DNA from: Tubiluchus corallicola
Taxonomy: Eukaryota; Animalia; Priapulida
Length of the DNA: 64,000 nt
Reading direction: 5' to 3'
Assembly: GCA_030141605.1 (NCBI GenBank)
Contig: JAQGDQ010000315.1
Location: forward strand, 186,001 to 250,000
The notes beneath the pieces were generated by a model that was not told where the DNA came from, did not search any database, and worked only from the letters and a program-made list of their open reading frames with translations. The number at the start of each line of letters is the position of its first letter. Position 1 is the stretch's first letter. The translations under genes were made by a program, and so were the position numbers. Below, piece by piece: positions 1 through 14,254 of this stretch.

Positions 1-81
1 CTAGATGGTTATACCGTGTTTTGATACTTTTGAGACAAAAATAAGTCAATTTAGTCATAATAATTATTTCTGGTATTACAG

Positions 82-161
82 CTGCAGGTCTTTACTACTT
101 GGCAGAAATAGTAGAAGAATTTGCCACAACCACAAGTAAAGTTATTCAAGGGATGATTTTT
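82..161 (+). CDS. TEX261: TEX261 internal coding exon (probably exon 2; first exon upstream of window)
   Basis: ttacag acceptor, gtaagt donor. Translates (A)AGLYYLAEIVEEFATTTSKVIQGMIF, matching the TEX261/SVP26 signature AAGLYYLAELIEEY. Confidence 0.95.
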
Positions 162-1748
162 GTAAGTATTAAAACAATCAGTTTACTTTGAACTTTTGTT
201 ATTCATATTAAATATTGTTAGTTAACGTTATTTTTAAGCATTGACATGAACATTGACATTAACTATATTTGTCCTTGTATCCACCAAACACTGCTTGCAT
301 AATTCTGAAGGTTAGTTTCTAGTTATACAGGAGAAAAAGTTTTAAATTGTGTTTCAGATATTGTAGATATTTCAGATATTCACTCTATAAATATTGAGCA
401 AATAAATATATCAGCTTTTGTAAATTGTTTTTATTGTCATTTAACAGCAAACAAAAAAAAATTGCTAAAAGTTGCAAGTGAGTAAATATACTCATTGTTA
501 GAGGCTGAAGTTGAGTCAGTTGCTACTACATCAGCTGATTCACACAGTAAATCAGCTAGCTCGGTTGAAGTTGAGTGACTTTTCAGCTTAGTTGGCTGAA
601 AGAAAAAATCAGCTGTCAGCTAAAGCTGTTAACTAAATAAAAGAAAATTTTTAGTAACGGTTTAATTTTGGAGACAAATTTTTTAAATAATTTGTGTGGC
701 TTATCACAGAAAAAACCTGATGTACAAATTCAGATAATACATTAAAGATCAATTTTTTATTATTATAAAAAAGCAATGGATTTAGTTCTAATATAATTTA
801 AATCCAACTGATGGCGAGGCTTGTCTTGATTACCGACAAATCAATACCCATACGTGTGACCATTGTTGCTTATTTGCATATTTAATTTTGAATTGATTGC
901 TTTCTCATTCAAAAATTTCTAAAGTTTAGTATCTCTGCCAGCACACGCACAATCTGACCGCGAATCTGCAATGCGTTTGCCATATTTCAACCAGTGATTT
1001 CGTCATCATCATATGCCCGTTTTGTCAATTGTAGACATTGAGCAGGCAGAGCTCTAAAATAAAAGAAATTTGCCATCAGGACAGGTAAAAACAGCAGTAA
1101 TGCAGCAAAAAACTAGACACTGCTATGCCAGTGGCTTGTTCACAAGAGCAAAAATCTTCGCATCTGGTGAAAATGTCGGCTAGCTTGACTCCCATCACTA
1201 AGTGGCTGGCGCAACTAAAGTTGCGTTTCTTATCAGCTAGGTGGCTCTGGCCCTGCCTATAGATAGGCAAACAAATCATTATGTAACAAATTGTTATCAT
1301 ATTATAAAAAATGACCCAGGGAAGGCCAATCTAAGTACCATTCAAACCTAACACTGGAACCCCAAGGAATTTTCCTCCCGACCTCATTAAGTAAGTACTA
1401 AAATTGCAGAAATGTAAGCTCTTATTTGGAATAACGTGTGGTTATTTGGTACTGGAAGAACGTGTGAATATTTCAACATATGTGTATTTCCAAGGATTCA
1501 GAATTTGCATCTTTGATACCTTATAAAATTTATTATATAAAAGATTTTGCACAATGTAATACATTTAGTCAGATTTACTTGTATTTATGCATGTAATTTT
1601 TTTTAAATTTGGCAGAAGTTGATATGAAAATGATTTGCCAAATTTTGTTATAGTATTAGGAGATAGGAGTGCTGATACTGGCACTTTTTTCCCTTTGACC
1701 GCTGATACCTAGTGCGACAGTTTCATTCTAGTTTTACAAACATGAGTA

Positions 1749-2039
1749 CACTCATATCTCGGTTTGCCAGAAAAAAAGCGGGGAGGCGTCGGTCTGAATT
1801 TGCCAACACTAAGCTAATATAGTAAGTGCAGTGTATTAGACTCAGGTTAATGTACAATCAATCGCCTAATTGTTTCAAAAACATCTAGTACGGGCCGTTC
1901 CTGATATACAAGCTACACACACGTCGTTACACGCTACTTGGTTGCACGGCTCACCAATGAGCGGTCAGCTCACGAAACAACGGACACGGTCCAGATTTTG
2001 TCCAATTTTTCTGATATCCGTAAAACCGTGATATGAGTG
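1749..2039. mobile_element. Tc1/mariner-type MITE
   Basis: TA|cactcatatctcggttt ... aaaccgtgatatgagtg|TA: terminal inverted repeats with a TA duplication. Confidence 0.8.
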
Positions 2040-2186
2040 TATTTTTGCATTGGTACCATTATTAAACTTGCGTTAATTTGCTAAATACGATAAAAACATT
2101 AATCCTCAAGAGGTTTACTAATTTCCTCATAAAAATATTGCTTTCTACCTGTTTTTGATGCTCAGTGAAAATAAACGTTGTCCTCT

Positions 2187-2532
2187 AAATCGATGGCTTG
2201 TTCTCATTAGCGAGTTTGACATAGCAAAAAAACTTCTAATACTAGAGCTTTTTTCTCACTGCAGTGAGACAAATCAATGGCTTGTTCTCATTAGCGAGTT
2301 TGGCATAACAAAAAAACTTCTAATACTAGAGCTGTTTTCTCACTGCAGTGAGACAAATCAATGGCTTGTTCTCATTAGCGAGTTTGGCATAACAAAAAAA
2401 CTTCTAATACTAGAGCTTTTTTCTCACTGCAGTGAGACATATCAATGGCTTGTTCTCATTAGCGAGTTTGGCATAACAAAAAAACTTCTAATACTAGAGC
2501 TTTTTTCTCACTGCAGTGAGACAAATCGTTGG
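2187..2532. repeat. 84-bp tandem repeat, about 4 copies
   Basis: Unit aaatcaatggcttgttctcattagcgagtttggc...cactgcagtgagac. Explains the 28-aa repeat ORF 2155-2622. Confidence 0.95.
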
Positions 2533-3012
2533 CCACATTTTTGTCATTTTCACGTGCATTTTCGCTTCTCCCTGCGATTAATGCTTTTGTGGGCAGGTTT
2601 ATCACTCCAGCATTATCTGTAGCAGTTTATTGCCAGATAAATTTGCAAGAGTTTTTTTTTTCGCTGTGACCATAGAAACTTTCGTAACAATGGGCATTTT
2701 TGTAGCGATATCGCCAACAGCAGTAGAATTGCTGAGAGAAAATCGCTGTTTTAGACAGAGCAAGGAAGCAACCATGTACCTGTTTGTTTAGTTATAACAC
2801 TCAAAATGTAGGCCTAATTTTGTGAAATAAAAGTAGAGATAGCTTCGAATGTAGAAACAGTGTTTACATGTAAAGTTTTAAAGATACGAATATTTTAATC
2901 GGTTATTTTGAAGGTTTTAAATAATTAACCAAGATAATTCTGCAAAATCATGAAACAGAAGGTTTTCAAGGAATTGTAGACCACTGTTCAATAAGATTTG
3001 CTGTTTGTACAG

Positions 3013-3166
3013 GTTGTAATTGGTGCATTTGTTGGACTGATGCTTTTTGAAGATATGCCATGGTCGCTAACTATATGTGGATTACTGGCTCAGATTTGCC
3101 ATTTATTTCTGCTGAGGACTTTCCCTTATTTGGAATTATTGTCTCCAGCATTTATTGGTGCAGTAG
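3013..3166 (+). CDS. TEX261: TEX261 coding exon
   Basis: gtacag/gtatgt, phase 0 to 1. VVIGAFVGLMLFEDMPWSLTICGLLAQICHLFLLRTFPYLELLSPAFIGAV resembles the TEX261 segment LLQTFPFIMLTSPNFI. Confidence 0.95.
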
Positions 3167-5254
3167 GTATGTTACCTATCTTTTCATACACATAAAAACT
3201 GCTTACTAAAAGGGCATTTCTAGATTTGTTCATTTTCGAGCTTAAACAGAAAAATATTATTCTTTTCCCATTGGAGCAAGTAAAAATGATCCAGTTGAAT
3301 ACTTTAGAAATTGGCGAAGCCGTGCAGAATTATCTGACATTTTGTAAAGTGGGTGAAGCCATATCATTATTCAGCATTTTAGCAGTGAGTGAAGGCAAAT
3401 CTTAATTATCCAACATTTTAGAAGCCGATGAAGCTATATCATTTGTTACAAAGCTGGTTGATGGAGTTTCCCCTTTTAGTATAATTTGCCAAAGAAATTT
3501 TGGTTTGCTATTTATTTTTGGTATTTGAGGAAATGTGAGATTTTTTTGCATGCAAAAACATATTTTGCAGAGTTTCAGTACAATTTAATTATTTCTGTGA
3601 TGTATTAACATCAAACAATTTCACAGTTTCAGTTCTCTGAAACTTTTAAAATTTGCACAAGCTGCTAATGTTTTCACATAGACTGTGCTGCCAACCTGTT
3701 CATGTTGAGAAACAGTCTACTGACACTAGGTTGTACTCAATGTAAACAACATATGTTAGGCATAAATTTATTGGACCTACAAAAATATCACAATGGGTAT
3801 CACATGAACACAATATACATGTACCATTTTTTACACACTTTGGACACCTTGCAAGCTACCACATTGGCAAGGCCTACTTAATGTGAATGGTTGTGAAAGG
3901 ACCAGAATCTAACTGATATGAAGACTGATTTGCTAGGATGAGACACATTCAGATGTGAATACATCGTCTCTCACTGAACAGGCTTTACTTGTGTAGTTGT
4001 TCAACTGGAAACTAGAGACACCTGGTGACGATGTGTTCAGTTAGTACAGTGCAGTTTGAAAATGATTTGTGCTAATAGTTGTTAATTAACCTTTGATGGA
4101 AAATGTTTCGCGATTTTTGGGGTGTTTTAAAAATTAAAATCTGGAGAAGTCAATTCTTCATTATTGTGAGTGACTGCGCATTGCAAATGTCCGAGACTTT
4201 GGACAATACGAATAACAGAATGGTCACACTGTGGTGCTTGACTACAAGGTCAATGAACCCTAGACCTGCCAACTAAATGGAAGGGTGACAGGAAATTATT
4301 TTAGGTGTTTTATCAGCTGTGCAGTCTATGGCTATTTATCTTGAACAGGGAAAATGTATATACGCATTCCTCGCTCGGTTTAGCGCCTCATAAGATTGTT
4401 CTGGATAATGGGCTACATTCCGGGCCTGCCACACCCATCAAACGAGTGATGAGTGGTGGATCCTAGCTTTCAGTGTGAAATGCAAGTCAACAACATTGCC
4501 TGCTGAAATGTTCTGAGTTTTTTTAATTCAATCAATTTTTCTGTAATCCCAGCTCTCAGGTTCAAATCCCAACTAGTCCACAGTTTTTCAGTGTCTAAGT
4601 TACCCGGGTTATGCGTTGCGTACCAGTTATAAGCATTTCAAAAAACTTACCAGAATTCTACTACACTTTCACAAAAAGTTGAACAAATGGTGCTGTGTTG
4701 TAAAATGCATAGAATTTTTACCTACAGTTAAGGTTTCGTACAAGAAGCTTTGTTAGTGCTGTTTTATTCTGGTATTGTTAAAACATGTGATTTGTGAGAC
4801 AGTTAACAAAAATTTTAATCTTCATACCTCCTATATTCCTAGAATAAATAAACTGAATGCATTATGTATGAAGATTGTAATTCCATGATAGCGAGGGCTT
4901 TGCCATAGTAAGTTCTAATGGAATTTTAACAAAGGCCTGTAGTTTCATGGAGTAATATAGTTGAAGATTAGAGGGCAAGATGAGAAAGTGATGACAAACA
5001 ACCATTCAGCTAGGATTTTAAAATAACAAAGCCATTATTGATTCATATTTCAGTTGTTGGGCCTGTTTTTCATTATTTTCTGCTGCTATTTTCTGCTCTG
5101 AAATTTAAATTATCACTGTGTTGGGTGCGTATTATCATACGATTTAGCCACAAAATCCTGATTACATCAGACTGAATGTTAGCAGAACTATCTTGCTAAA
5201 CCAAGTAAAGTAGATCAAGCTTTTTGTCTGAGTTTGTCTTTTCAAAACTAATTA

Positions 5255-5641
5255 CAGTCAACCCTCGTTAAACCGGACTAATTGGGGGGTGGGGGTGGTC
5301 CAGTTTAGCCGATTGTCTGATTTATCCGATATGCCTATATATGGTCTATATTATGCAGGAATAATCACCTTAATAAGGCATATACATTGCACTATATACT
5401 GTGCACTATATACCATACTGTGTATTACTTTAAAATAGTTAACCTGTGAGGATAAAGAAATTATTGTACAGTTTAAATAAAAAATGGCTTCGGCCCGTCA
5501 ATGGCTCGTGGTGAGTTCGTAGGCCATGTTGTGTTTAGCGCTCCGGCTCGGTCAGAAAGCGGTCAGTTTCCTTTACGACGGATGACGTCCGTCTTATCCG
5601 ATATTCGGGCTAACGGGGTCTGGTTTAACGAGGGTCGACTG
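5255..5641. mobile_element. pogo/Tigger-like MITE
   Basis: TA|cagtcaaccctcgttaaaccggac ... gtctggtttaacgagggtcgactg|TA. Confidence 0.85.
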
Positions 5642-5763
5642 TAATTAAAATTGAATGACTAACAGTTCCATGGTAGTATGAGATCATCTGATAAAGCAAC
5701 TGTGTCAGTTGTAGTTGTAGGCCAAGATGTGTGCAGATGTTAATTTCATCATAAAATAAAATT

Positions 5764-5813
5764 GGTGGTAGTGGTGATGGTGGCGATGGTGGTGGTGGTG
5801 GTGGTGGTGATGA

Positions 5814-5844
<31 letters not shown>

Positions 5845-5864
5845 AATGATGATGATGATGTTGA
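5764..5864. repeat. Compound (GGT)/(GCT)/(GAT) microsatellite
   Basis: Direct reading. Confidence 0.9.
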
Positions 5865-6368
5865 TTCGTGATGTTGCATCTTTATATTTTTTATACACAA
5901 ATATCACCTCCATTTGCGGGATTATACAGTATATTAGCGTTTGCCAGACCTAATTATGTAATATATGTAAGCAACTTTTAAAATTTCCTCGACCAAGTTG
6001 TAATTAAAATGACACAGTTTTGACTCACTTCTGTCCAACTTTGGATCAGATGAATTACAAGTGGGCTACAATTTAACAATTTTTACCAACAAATAGAGTA
6101 TTTAATTTTTTTAACCTAAAAATGAATCAAAATGTTTATAAACTTACGATTTCTTCCGTCCGTTCCTTTTATGAGGATTGGATCAACAAGATGTTGCCAA
6201 TTGTCTTTACAACCTCCTCTACTCTTCTAGTCTGTTTAAGTCTTTTTTTGCTCGTTTCCATATTTTGCCTCTGTTTTATGTCCTGTGATCATGGCAAATC
6301 AGAAAAATTCAAAACCAGTAAATGCTTTTGTAAGATTGCTAAAATGTTACACTTTCAGAGGAGAGCAC

Positions 6369-6521
<153 letters not shown>

Positions 6522-6589
6522 AGAATGGATGCATTCTTTCTAATTAATATTAACACGGAGTGAACAATTCAAACAACTTGATCTAAAAG

Positions 6590-6915
6590 CACAAGAAAAC
6601 CCTTTACTTACATAAAGCTTAAAAAACTGGTCTTGAAATTTTATACCACTTATATTCTGTCTTATTGTGCACAAGGCTTGGATTAGTAGTAACACTGTAT
6701 AAAAAGACTTGAAAATTAAACTCCCCAGATGACCTTTAGATGCAGCCATTTTGATGATAAGTCATTTGAACAAGTTTAGATAATATTCCATTAGTGCACT
6801 CTTTAGTAAAAAAAACTAAATTATTTGATACTGTCAGTAAGATTAAAAAGTAGGTTTTTCAGTGAGTCAGTGGTGCACACTGGGAAGGTGAGTCAATGAC
6901 ATTTTACCAATTGGC
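6590..6915. mobile_element. Unclassified dispersed repeat; related copies in opposite orientation at about 25910-26340 and 37445-37815
   Basis: Shared motifs cagtggtgcacactgggaaggtgagtcaatgacattttaccaattgg and cttacataaagcttaaaa...gtcttgaaatttt appear as reverse complements in the other two copies. Boundaries approximate. Confidence 0.65.
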
Positions 6916-7205
6916 ATGATCATTTTAAATTATTTACAATTTTCTTTTCTAGTTACATAAGTCTTTGAAGCATAATGCTAAGTAATATAACTTTGCATTA
7001 GGAAGTTTTTTTAGGGCATAGTTTAACATTTCCTTTTCTTCCCCTTAAATTAAAAATAAATACATGTCTACTCTATGTTTGTGTTGAAACTGACTGACTT
7101 TAATGATTTTCAGACGAGATGTAGACATGAAGCCACTTGAAATGACACCTACGAACACCAATTATGTACAATAGAATGCGTTGATAATTTTTTATTTTTT
7201 TTCAG

Positions 7206-7273
7206 TGTTGTTGTTTGTAAATCATTACCTGTCATTCAATCATTTCTCCGAAGTATATTATCCTTTTTCGGAG
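7206..7273 (+). CDS. TEX261: TEX261 coding exon
   Basis: poly-T ttcag/gtaagt, phase 1 to 0. (V)LLFVNHYLSFNHFSEVYYPFSE resembles [20 protein letters not shown]. Confidence 0.95.
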
Positions 7274-7409
7274 GTAAGTTAGAGAAAATTATTGATTTTT
7301 TTGTAGCAAACTAGTTTTGATAATCTTGACAGATGTTGAAAATGCATTGACAGGAGTGAAAATTTTCATTTCTGTATGCTCTTACAGACGTATCATTGTC
7401 TGTATAATA

Positions 7410-7539
7410 AGCCTTTTCGTAGTTCCAGTGATTGATGATTATCGTGAAAAGGTCAAAGGTTAAGTGCACCAGACAACTAATTTCTGTACACTTGACAACG
7501 TGACACTGCACATAAACACAACGAAACTGTGAAAAGGCT
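7410..7539. mobile_element. MITE family A, internally deleted copy
   Basis: TIR agccttttc...gtgaaaaggct and internal aaggtcaaaggttaagtg shared with copies at 51485, 58322 and 60293. Confidence 0.8.
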
Positions 7540-10500
7540 CGTTTGTTAGAAATTTAACTTGCCGTATCTGTTCATGAATGTGACTGCTGTATATCCACAA
7601 ACTTTAGATGGTAGTTAAGTTTAAATAAGTTCTTCTTACTTTTCTGTCACACATTTCATTTCCGGCACAATAATAATATGTGCTGCCACCTACAGTTAAC
7701 ATTACTTATTATTTGAGTCAAGTTTAATCTAGGTTGTTGCCTTGGTCATTGCTTCCCAGTCACTTTTACCTGCTGGGCTTCCCATATATGGTAGTGTTGA
7801 TTGCTAGTGTGTTTTACTAGCCAATCAGGTAAGCTCAGTGGGTACATGTGACTTGGGTACCTCTGCCATCATGTATGTAAATAACAGTGCAATGTGTAAA
7901 TATTAAGAAAAGTCTTTCACTGTCCACACGATTTCATGGTATGTTTTAACCACCAGATGTGAACCAGCCTATAACAGTCTAATATTCTTCAAGTTCTACA
8001 AAGTCAATACTCCCTTCCTTGCTGTCTGCTACAAAGGTTTTCTACAATTTCAAATCTCTGCAGACGCTATATGTAAAACTATCATTACAAATTACTAAAA
8101 TTACGGGCATTGTTGCTCAATGTTTGAATTCTAAATTTTCCTAGTGTTTGGTGTAGGTTACATTGAAAAGTTCTGGTGGCCTATGACAATGTTCAACATT
8201 ATTATTTGTATCTTTGAAACAAATTGTGTTTTTGTGGTGGAGACAGTTCTAAAGTTCTTTCAAAAAATTTCAAAAAAGGGTGTTCAAAATAATTCTACAT
8301 AATCATTTTAGAACTTAGTAAGACACACTTGCTGGTTTAAAACTGGAATTACTGGAGGAACGACGAACTAAATTGTGTTTAAAACTTGGAAGCAAATTAA
8401 AAAATTCTAAACACAGTAAATTAATTCCGTAGCAAAAGAACAAGCTGGTCTAAGATCGACTAGAAGTAAAGAAAAATATATTGAAGAAAAATGTAGAACT
8501 GTTAGATATTATACGTCTCCTTTGTAATATTTAATTAGATTATTGAACGACAAAGATTGTTGAAAATAAAATGAATCATTTTGGAAAATGTACTTACATT
8601 TTTTAAAGGTTGACCTGTATAGCTCGTGTTTTGTTCTTAGAAGGTGATTGTTTTATTTTAAATATGCATTTTTATATAAGACAAGTGAAAAATTAATATT
8701 GATTAGCAAATTATTGTGGTCTTTTAATTTTAATTATTTTTTTATTATTTGTCTAAACACAGTAATTCAGTTTTTTAACTGTAATGTGTTCGGTTTTAAT
8801 AAACTTACTTGCTTACTAGGCAGTAGTTTTCCTTCAAAAATCTCTGTCCAGTTTATTTGAAGTCTAGATTATATAGATCCATATTATAGAAAGTTTACTG
8901 ATTTTGCTGTTACATGATTGTTCTAGCATTGCACTGGCGTTTCATTTATTGCTGTAATGAAGTTTTTATTCCTTCTGTTCACGTTTATTCACATCCATTA
9001 GATTCATTAGTCAACACAATCTGACGATTATATGTTAGTGTATTGAATTCTACAGAGTAAAATAAATTAGCTCACAAAACAAAATACTGTCTTTCAGTGT
9101 GAAAAGGGATTTCATTTCTACAGAAACGTTTGTCCTCCTGAACCTTGTCAGTTGTAAATTACTGAGCGCTTGATCCTCTTAAAACTGTTGAAATTTTTGC
9201 TGCTTTGAACATTGCAGAGTTTATAGTTGAGGAAACCAGTGAAAGCAAAAGCTTATGTATAATTAAACCTGTTTTAACATTTCAAAGTATGTTAATTGTC
9301 TTTTTCTGTGTAAATATGACAATTCTCAAGAGAGTCTTACTTCAAATTAGCACCTGTTACGTATTTGTTGTGTTTGATCTGCCGGGAGAAATATGTTGTT
9401 ACATGAGTTCTGCACTGCATTAGTGTTGCGCTTTTCAAATTTTTCAACTTGAAAAATTGCAATGTTTCTGCTATTCAGTAATGTGTGGAAAAAGTAATTG
9501 CATTCTAGCATGTTGTGCATTGAATTTACTTGCAGTGATGTGTGATGCTTACTGAAATAAGAAACCTCATTAATGTACCATTAGTGAAATAATTACTGGG
9601 TAATTTACCACAGGTTTCATTAACACAACTAATTAACTTTCACCAAATGATGCAGCATTAAATTTCAACTTAATGTGAATTCAAACTTGCACTTTTGTAG
9701 CAAAGGAAATTGGCAGGTTTTGCTCAAACCGTAGCCCATCATTTTTAAATTAAGCTTCAGACTACTTTAAGAACTTCTGCTAACCTGACTGTGTTTCCTG
9801 TAATGACGTAAATTAACGAAAATAAAATAAACGGTTACGGAGGTGATTAAGATTTTAATGGCCACGACATTTTGAGATTGTTCGAATTTCTTCCTCAGAC
9901 GTTACAACTGTAAGCTAATGAAAATAATTTACAAAATGATAATATAGATGAAAAAGTTTAAAAACACTGCATTGTACTGGTAAAATTCATGTAAAATGGG
10001 AATATAAATGTTAAACTAGGTTGGAAAAATGGACTTAATTAACTGTGATTGTAAAAGAGTTAATATGTAGAAAACATTTTGGCAGCATAATTAATAGGCA
10101 ACACAACACTGTTGAGTAAAACACAGAAATTTAAAACCAAATGCATAATTATAAAACTAAGCTAGACGCTAAGACAGAATGAAATGAGACGTGTACAAGC
10201 TGTGACTCAGAACAAGAATAATTTGAAATGCCTTAATGGTCTTTGAATGTAAGCCAAAATTGACCAATGAGTGAGTTACAACGTTGATTAATTAGGAAGA
10301 ACCAATTGTGTGAAAGTTGGAAACCAAAGGGGCGATCTAAAAGATGTTAAAAATTTAATGCTTGCGGCACTCATCATCAGGTGTAACAGAAAGAACTTTT
10401 TAAAAAACGCAATATATAATATAGAATACAAAAGTTAACAGTGTCAACAATGCAATAGCAAACAATAAAAATAAAGAATGAAATACAGTCACAAATGCAG

Positions 10501-11431
10501 TGTTATTTGTTTCATTTTTCCTAATGATATGCTGTTGGAATTTAAAGGGTTTTAAAAATTTAATGAAATGAATTATAGTAAAAACTTGGTGAGAAATTGG
10601 TGAGAAAGAATAATTCTAATAACTTTTTACATTTGACAGAACTTTTATTAACATACGTCGATGTGAACTTTTTACTAAAATATTGAAGCTCGTCATTTCA
10701 TGTGTCAACAAAAGTCTTATTACAAAATAGCTATGACTGTGTTTGTGACCAAAATATGGTGACAGAAGTAGGCTGACCATGTTTAAAAGATTCCGGCCCC
10801 ATTTACTGTATAGACATCATTGTTTCTCTCGGGAGAAAATCTCGTAAGACGATTGTTCTATTACATAATGGAACATGAACATTCTACAATATTCTATTTA
10901 ATTCTAGTAGATGCCAGCGATCATCTCCACAACAATCATAAGACATGAATATACTTTACAACGAAGTATAGGGCATTCCAGAAAAACGTTCTCCTAGCTA
11001 ACTGATAGCCCTTCATTCCTGTAGACGTATTTGTAAAAGAGGCTCACATCACCAACTAGCCTAGTTTCTCTTTCCAGTAAGCCGGAAATTTCCCTCTAAG
11101 ATCTGCACCAAGCACTGCTGGTATGTTTTTTTCTACACATGCATCTGTGTGAAAAACCTCCAAAAATTTTTTCACATTTGCTCATTACCTGTGCACCATG
11201 TGTCGTAGCAGCACTAACTCGAGATCTTGCGGAGGTGCTTACAGCTTTTTGAGAAAAAGGAGAAGTCAGGTTACATGATGTGGTCTCCTTTACAAATTCC
11301 TCTGCAAGAATGAAAGGTTACAAGTTAATTTGGGGGAACATTACATATGTTTGTCTGCATCCAAGTTTTTGTTAATGAAGGGACAGAAATGATGGATTAT
11401 TATTATTATACAGTTAGACTTGTTATTTCAG

Positions 11432-11549
11432 ATATTATCTTTCTTCACCATATGTCAGTGGCTTGTACCGTTCTCCTTCTTCGTTTCATTATCGGCTAAT
11501 GAGATGGTGTTACCGACCGTTGCTACTGGTGATCAGCTTCCGGCTACAG
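11432..11549 (+). CDS. TEX261: TEX261 coding exon
   Basis: tttcag/gtacgc, phase 0 to 1. ILSFFTICQWLVPFSFFVSLSANEMVLPTVATGDQLPAT contains the conserved PF.FFVSLSA.E.VLP. Confidence 0.95.
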
Positions 11550-12653
11550 GTACGCCCTTTTCTTGTCTTCATTATATAAATTGGAACCCAATTATGTAGG
11601 ATTTACTTTATTTGTGCACTGCAGCTTAGCACAATTTGTTCGCCAGTTTTCTCCAGAGGTTTGACTACCTGCTCCTATTGCTTTTAGTGCATGTCTTGCA
11701 AATAAAGGTAATAACAGCTTACAGAAGTCAGAGAAAAGAAACGTGCAGTATGTGATGATTTGCTGCCCTTTGACTTTTAAAAGCAAACACCAAAGATTTC
11801 TAGGGCTTAGCGACAGCTTTTCTGACAGTTGACATCTTGCTTCCTTAATAATAATACACTGGATTCATGAAAAATGGTTTTTACTTTGTTTTAGTAAATT
11901 TTCCAATCTGAATTAAAATTGAAACTTGAATTACTGATGGGCTTCAAAGCACCAAGTGCACTTATCATGTTTGACCCCTCTTGTGCCTCCTCTTCTGACT
12001 ATCTCTCGTGCCTCCTCTTCGGACTGTCTCTTGTGCCTTCTCTTCCGACTGTGACCACCACTACTGTTTTTTGATTTCTTAGTCAAATTTGAAATTACTG
12101 AACTTTATTTTGCTTTGCTAGTGAAACAACACTACATAAGCCAAATTAGGCACATTAGTTGCAAGCCTAGTGCAAAAACTTTTTTGAAATGGTAATGTTG
12201 TAAATCTGCTGTAAATGTAACTTGGTACAACAATGACAGTGAAAATGCAAGCAACAACAACAATATTTCTTAAAATGACTAATATTGAATTAAAACTGAG
12301 TACTTTAAAGCCACCTACTCATTCAGGTTTATGTGCTGACATTGCTTTTGACGTGTTTTGTCTGAAATAGAGTCAGTTCTGTTGGACATATTCAGTTCAG
12401 TTGCTATATATGTATGTATATATATATGTCATCATTGTTATAGAGACGATCTTGCTAAAATACTGCTCGCATTATTATTGGGATTTAAAGTATTTCACCT
12501 TGCCAAGGTAATGCAATTTGGAGATTTTGTTTTTCGAGTTGATGGTTTGAAAGCATCTTAAAAGTTCCGCATTTTCTGCACGTGTTTTTGAAATAAAGTA
12601 AGCTTACATTAGTTTGCACGTTGCGTTAGTAGAGCTTAGGCTTGATAAGCATG

Positions 12654-12733
12654 TACACACGCATGCACGCACGCACACATGCCTGCAGACACACACGCAC
12701 ACACGCCTGCAGACACACATACACACACACTCG

Positions 12734-12796
<63 letters not shown>

Positions 12797-12874
12797 CGCA
12801 CACGCACACAAACGCACACGCACGCATGCATGCACGCACACACACACACAAACACACACACGCACACACACACA
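12654..12874. repeat. (CA)n/(CACG)n microsatellite
   Basis: Direct reading. Confidence 0.95.
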
Positions 12875-13419
12875 TATGTATATATATGCCTAAGCTACTA
12901 TTGTAATGTGCAAACTAATGCAAGCTTAGTTCATTTTAAAGGCACATGCAGAAAATGCGGAACTTTTAAGATGCTTTCAAAATTTCAACTCATGTATTGA
13001 TGAACATGGTCATTCATTCAAGAATTAGAAGTCACATAAAGAATTACTTCTAAACTTCTGCAGCTAATATGATGGAATCAGTTTCTCTTGCAGAACATTT
13101 ATCTTTGACCTTACACTTTTTGGCATCCATAGTTTAATTGTGTCATCTCTTCCCCCTTCATTTTAATCTGTTTCTCCTGCACTAGAATCCTGTCTGGCCA
13201 ATAAGAACACTTATTTAGAAATACAAGCCTTTTTAATAGAAATTTAATTTATTAACAGGTTAAATGTTTTTAGTTATTTGGTTACTTACTGTTGCACGTA
13301 TATCACGTTTTGACAATATGAAAAATTGATATGATACAAATTATTTATTTCCGAGTCCATTTAAATAGAACTGAGCTGTGAGTTAAAAGTTTGCTTTTAT
13401 TTGTTCTTTGTATTTTTAG

Positions 13420-13538
13420 GTGATAATGACGTTGTTACTAACTACTTCAACAGAAAATCCAAACGCTATGGTCTTTTATCGTTCTTTCAATATGCTAAGG
13501 AATCGGTATTGCCAGAGAGAGTCAAGAAAGGTTTTTAG
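13420..13538 (+). CDS. TEX261: TEX261 terminal coding exon
   Basis: ttttag acceptor, phase 1. (G)DNDVVTNYFNRKSKRYGLLSFFQYAKESVLPERVKKGF-TAG resembles the family C-terminus DDVVSNYF...KEAILP. Confidence 0.95.
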
Positions 13539-14254
13539 CAACTCCATTTTGTGACAGTTAATATTCGGTTATCAAAAGTGCCTTATGAGACTATTATTAC
13601 TACATTTACTAGTTCTGTGTTGGAAAAACTCGGATGAACATATGAATGGTGTCTGTTATTTACAAAATGAGCAGTTTTTCTACCATGTTGTGTTGCGACA
13701 GCTTTCCAGAGAATGTTATTGTAGCTTAAACTGTGTGCGCATCATTACAGTGTTGATTTATAAGAGAGCTGTCTACGAATGTCTAGGTGTTTATACTGTT
13801 AAATTAATTCCCTTATATGTTATTTGTTGATTTTTAATTACAATGTCTGGCAATGGTAAATGCATAGCATGAAGATTTCTGCATATCAGGGTATTAAACT
13901 CTTAAATCATTTTCTTTCCTTTCAGAATTTCCTGTCATTAAATGTAAAACCATAAAAATTTGTAGTCTGTCAGATTTTAAATGGAGAATTAATTGGATTA
14001 ATGCACTAATAATGTGAGTTACTTCACTAATTCTAAACGTGTTTGATGTGAATACCTACGAATACCATAACTTAACTGATTAGACTGAGAAAGGAAGTTA
14101 AGTTATAATTATTTGCTAAAAGTAAAAGTTTAGCTTCTGTGCAATGTTTCTGATACTAAATTCAGAGATATTAAAATTTCAGTAGAGATATTTGCTTCAA
14201 TGGCAGTACCTGAACTATTTGTGTTTAATAGATGTGTGCAAGACCGCGTTAAGT

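Noticed and set aside
2155-2622. 155-aa ORF with 28-aa repeats
   Set aside because: An 84-bp tandem repeat inside a TEX261 intron; TEX261 exons join without it.
10740-11300. GC-richer, coding-looking stretch in a TEX261 intron
   Set aside because: The best minus frame examined has 3 stops in about 85 codons and no recognisable motif. It may be an old TE but cannot be supported.
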